The position numbers and the translations under genes were made by a program. Positions 63,930 through 64,000 of a DNA stretch of 64,000 nucleotides are shown piece after piece. Each line of letters opens with the position of its first letter. Within the stretch, counting starts at the first letter, position 1. The stretch lies in assembly GCF_009914755.1 (NCBI RefSeq), contig NC_060947.1; one strand, given 5' to 3'. The notes below the pieces were generated by a model, which was not told the origin of the DNA, searched no databases, and saw only the letters and a program-made list of their open reading frames with translations. Source of the DNA: the human T2T-CHM13v2.0 reference genome, Homo sapiens.

Positions 63930-64000
63930 TGATATCAAAGAAGTCCACGTCGTTCCCATTGTATGCATTCTTCATCTTGCTGGTCATCACTCGAAGAGCC
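63930..64000 (-). CDS. GPC4: Glypican-4, penultimate coding exon (partial, continues beyond window)
   Basis: [23 protein letters not shown](S); conserved glypican motif ending at a GT donor. Confidence 0.96.

Noticed and set aside
63631-63990. 119-aa ORF as a stand-alone gene
   Set aside because: It is two GPC4 exons read through the in-frame intron; the start is an internal GTG (Val) codon

Overview
Primate genomic DNA, almost certainly human Xq26. It is mostly intergenic and repeat-dense. The only gene recognisable from the sequence is GPC4 (glypican-4) on the minus strand at the right edge. Its visible parts are the end of the penultimate coding exon (63930-64000, running off the window), a 96-nt last intron, the last coding exon (63631-63833; Ser-Gly heparan-sulfate sites and GPI signal) and a 3'UTR with two poly(A) signals (~61815 and ~60890). 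The other ~60 kb is downstream flank. It holds about 30 Alu/FLAM copies, a full-length inactive L1PA7/8-like element (39455-45890), an older fragmented L1M, MaLR and ERV solo LTRs (MST, THE1, MLT1, MER61-like, LTR8-like), hAT and Tc1/mariner remnants (MER30, MER33, MER5A, MADE1), MIR/L2 relics and microsatellites. Almost all ORF-track entries are spurious or repeat-derived. I found no evidence of a new multi-gene system. The best leads are four smaller observations: (i) a rare SVA2 element nested with an AluY inside one older Alu, (ii) a ~1.7-kb-range templated copy of an Alu junction inserted into an MST LTR, (iii) the frame-preserving, stop-free last intron of GPC4, and (iv) let-7 and Pumilio sites confined to the long GPC4 3'UTR isoform. 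Repeat subfamily names come from recalled consensus sequences and were not computed. Boundaries of old repeats are approximate.
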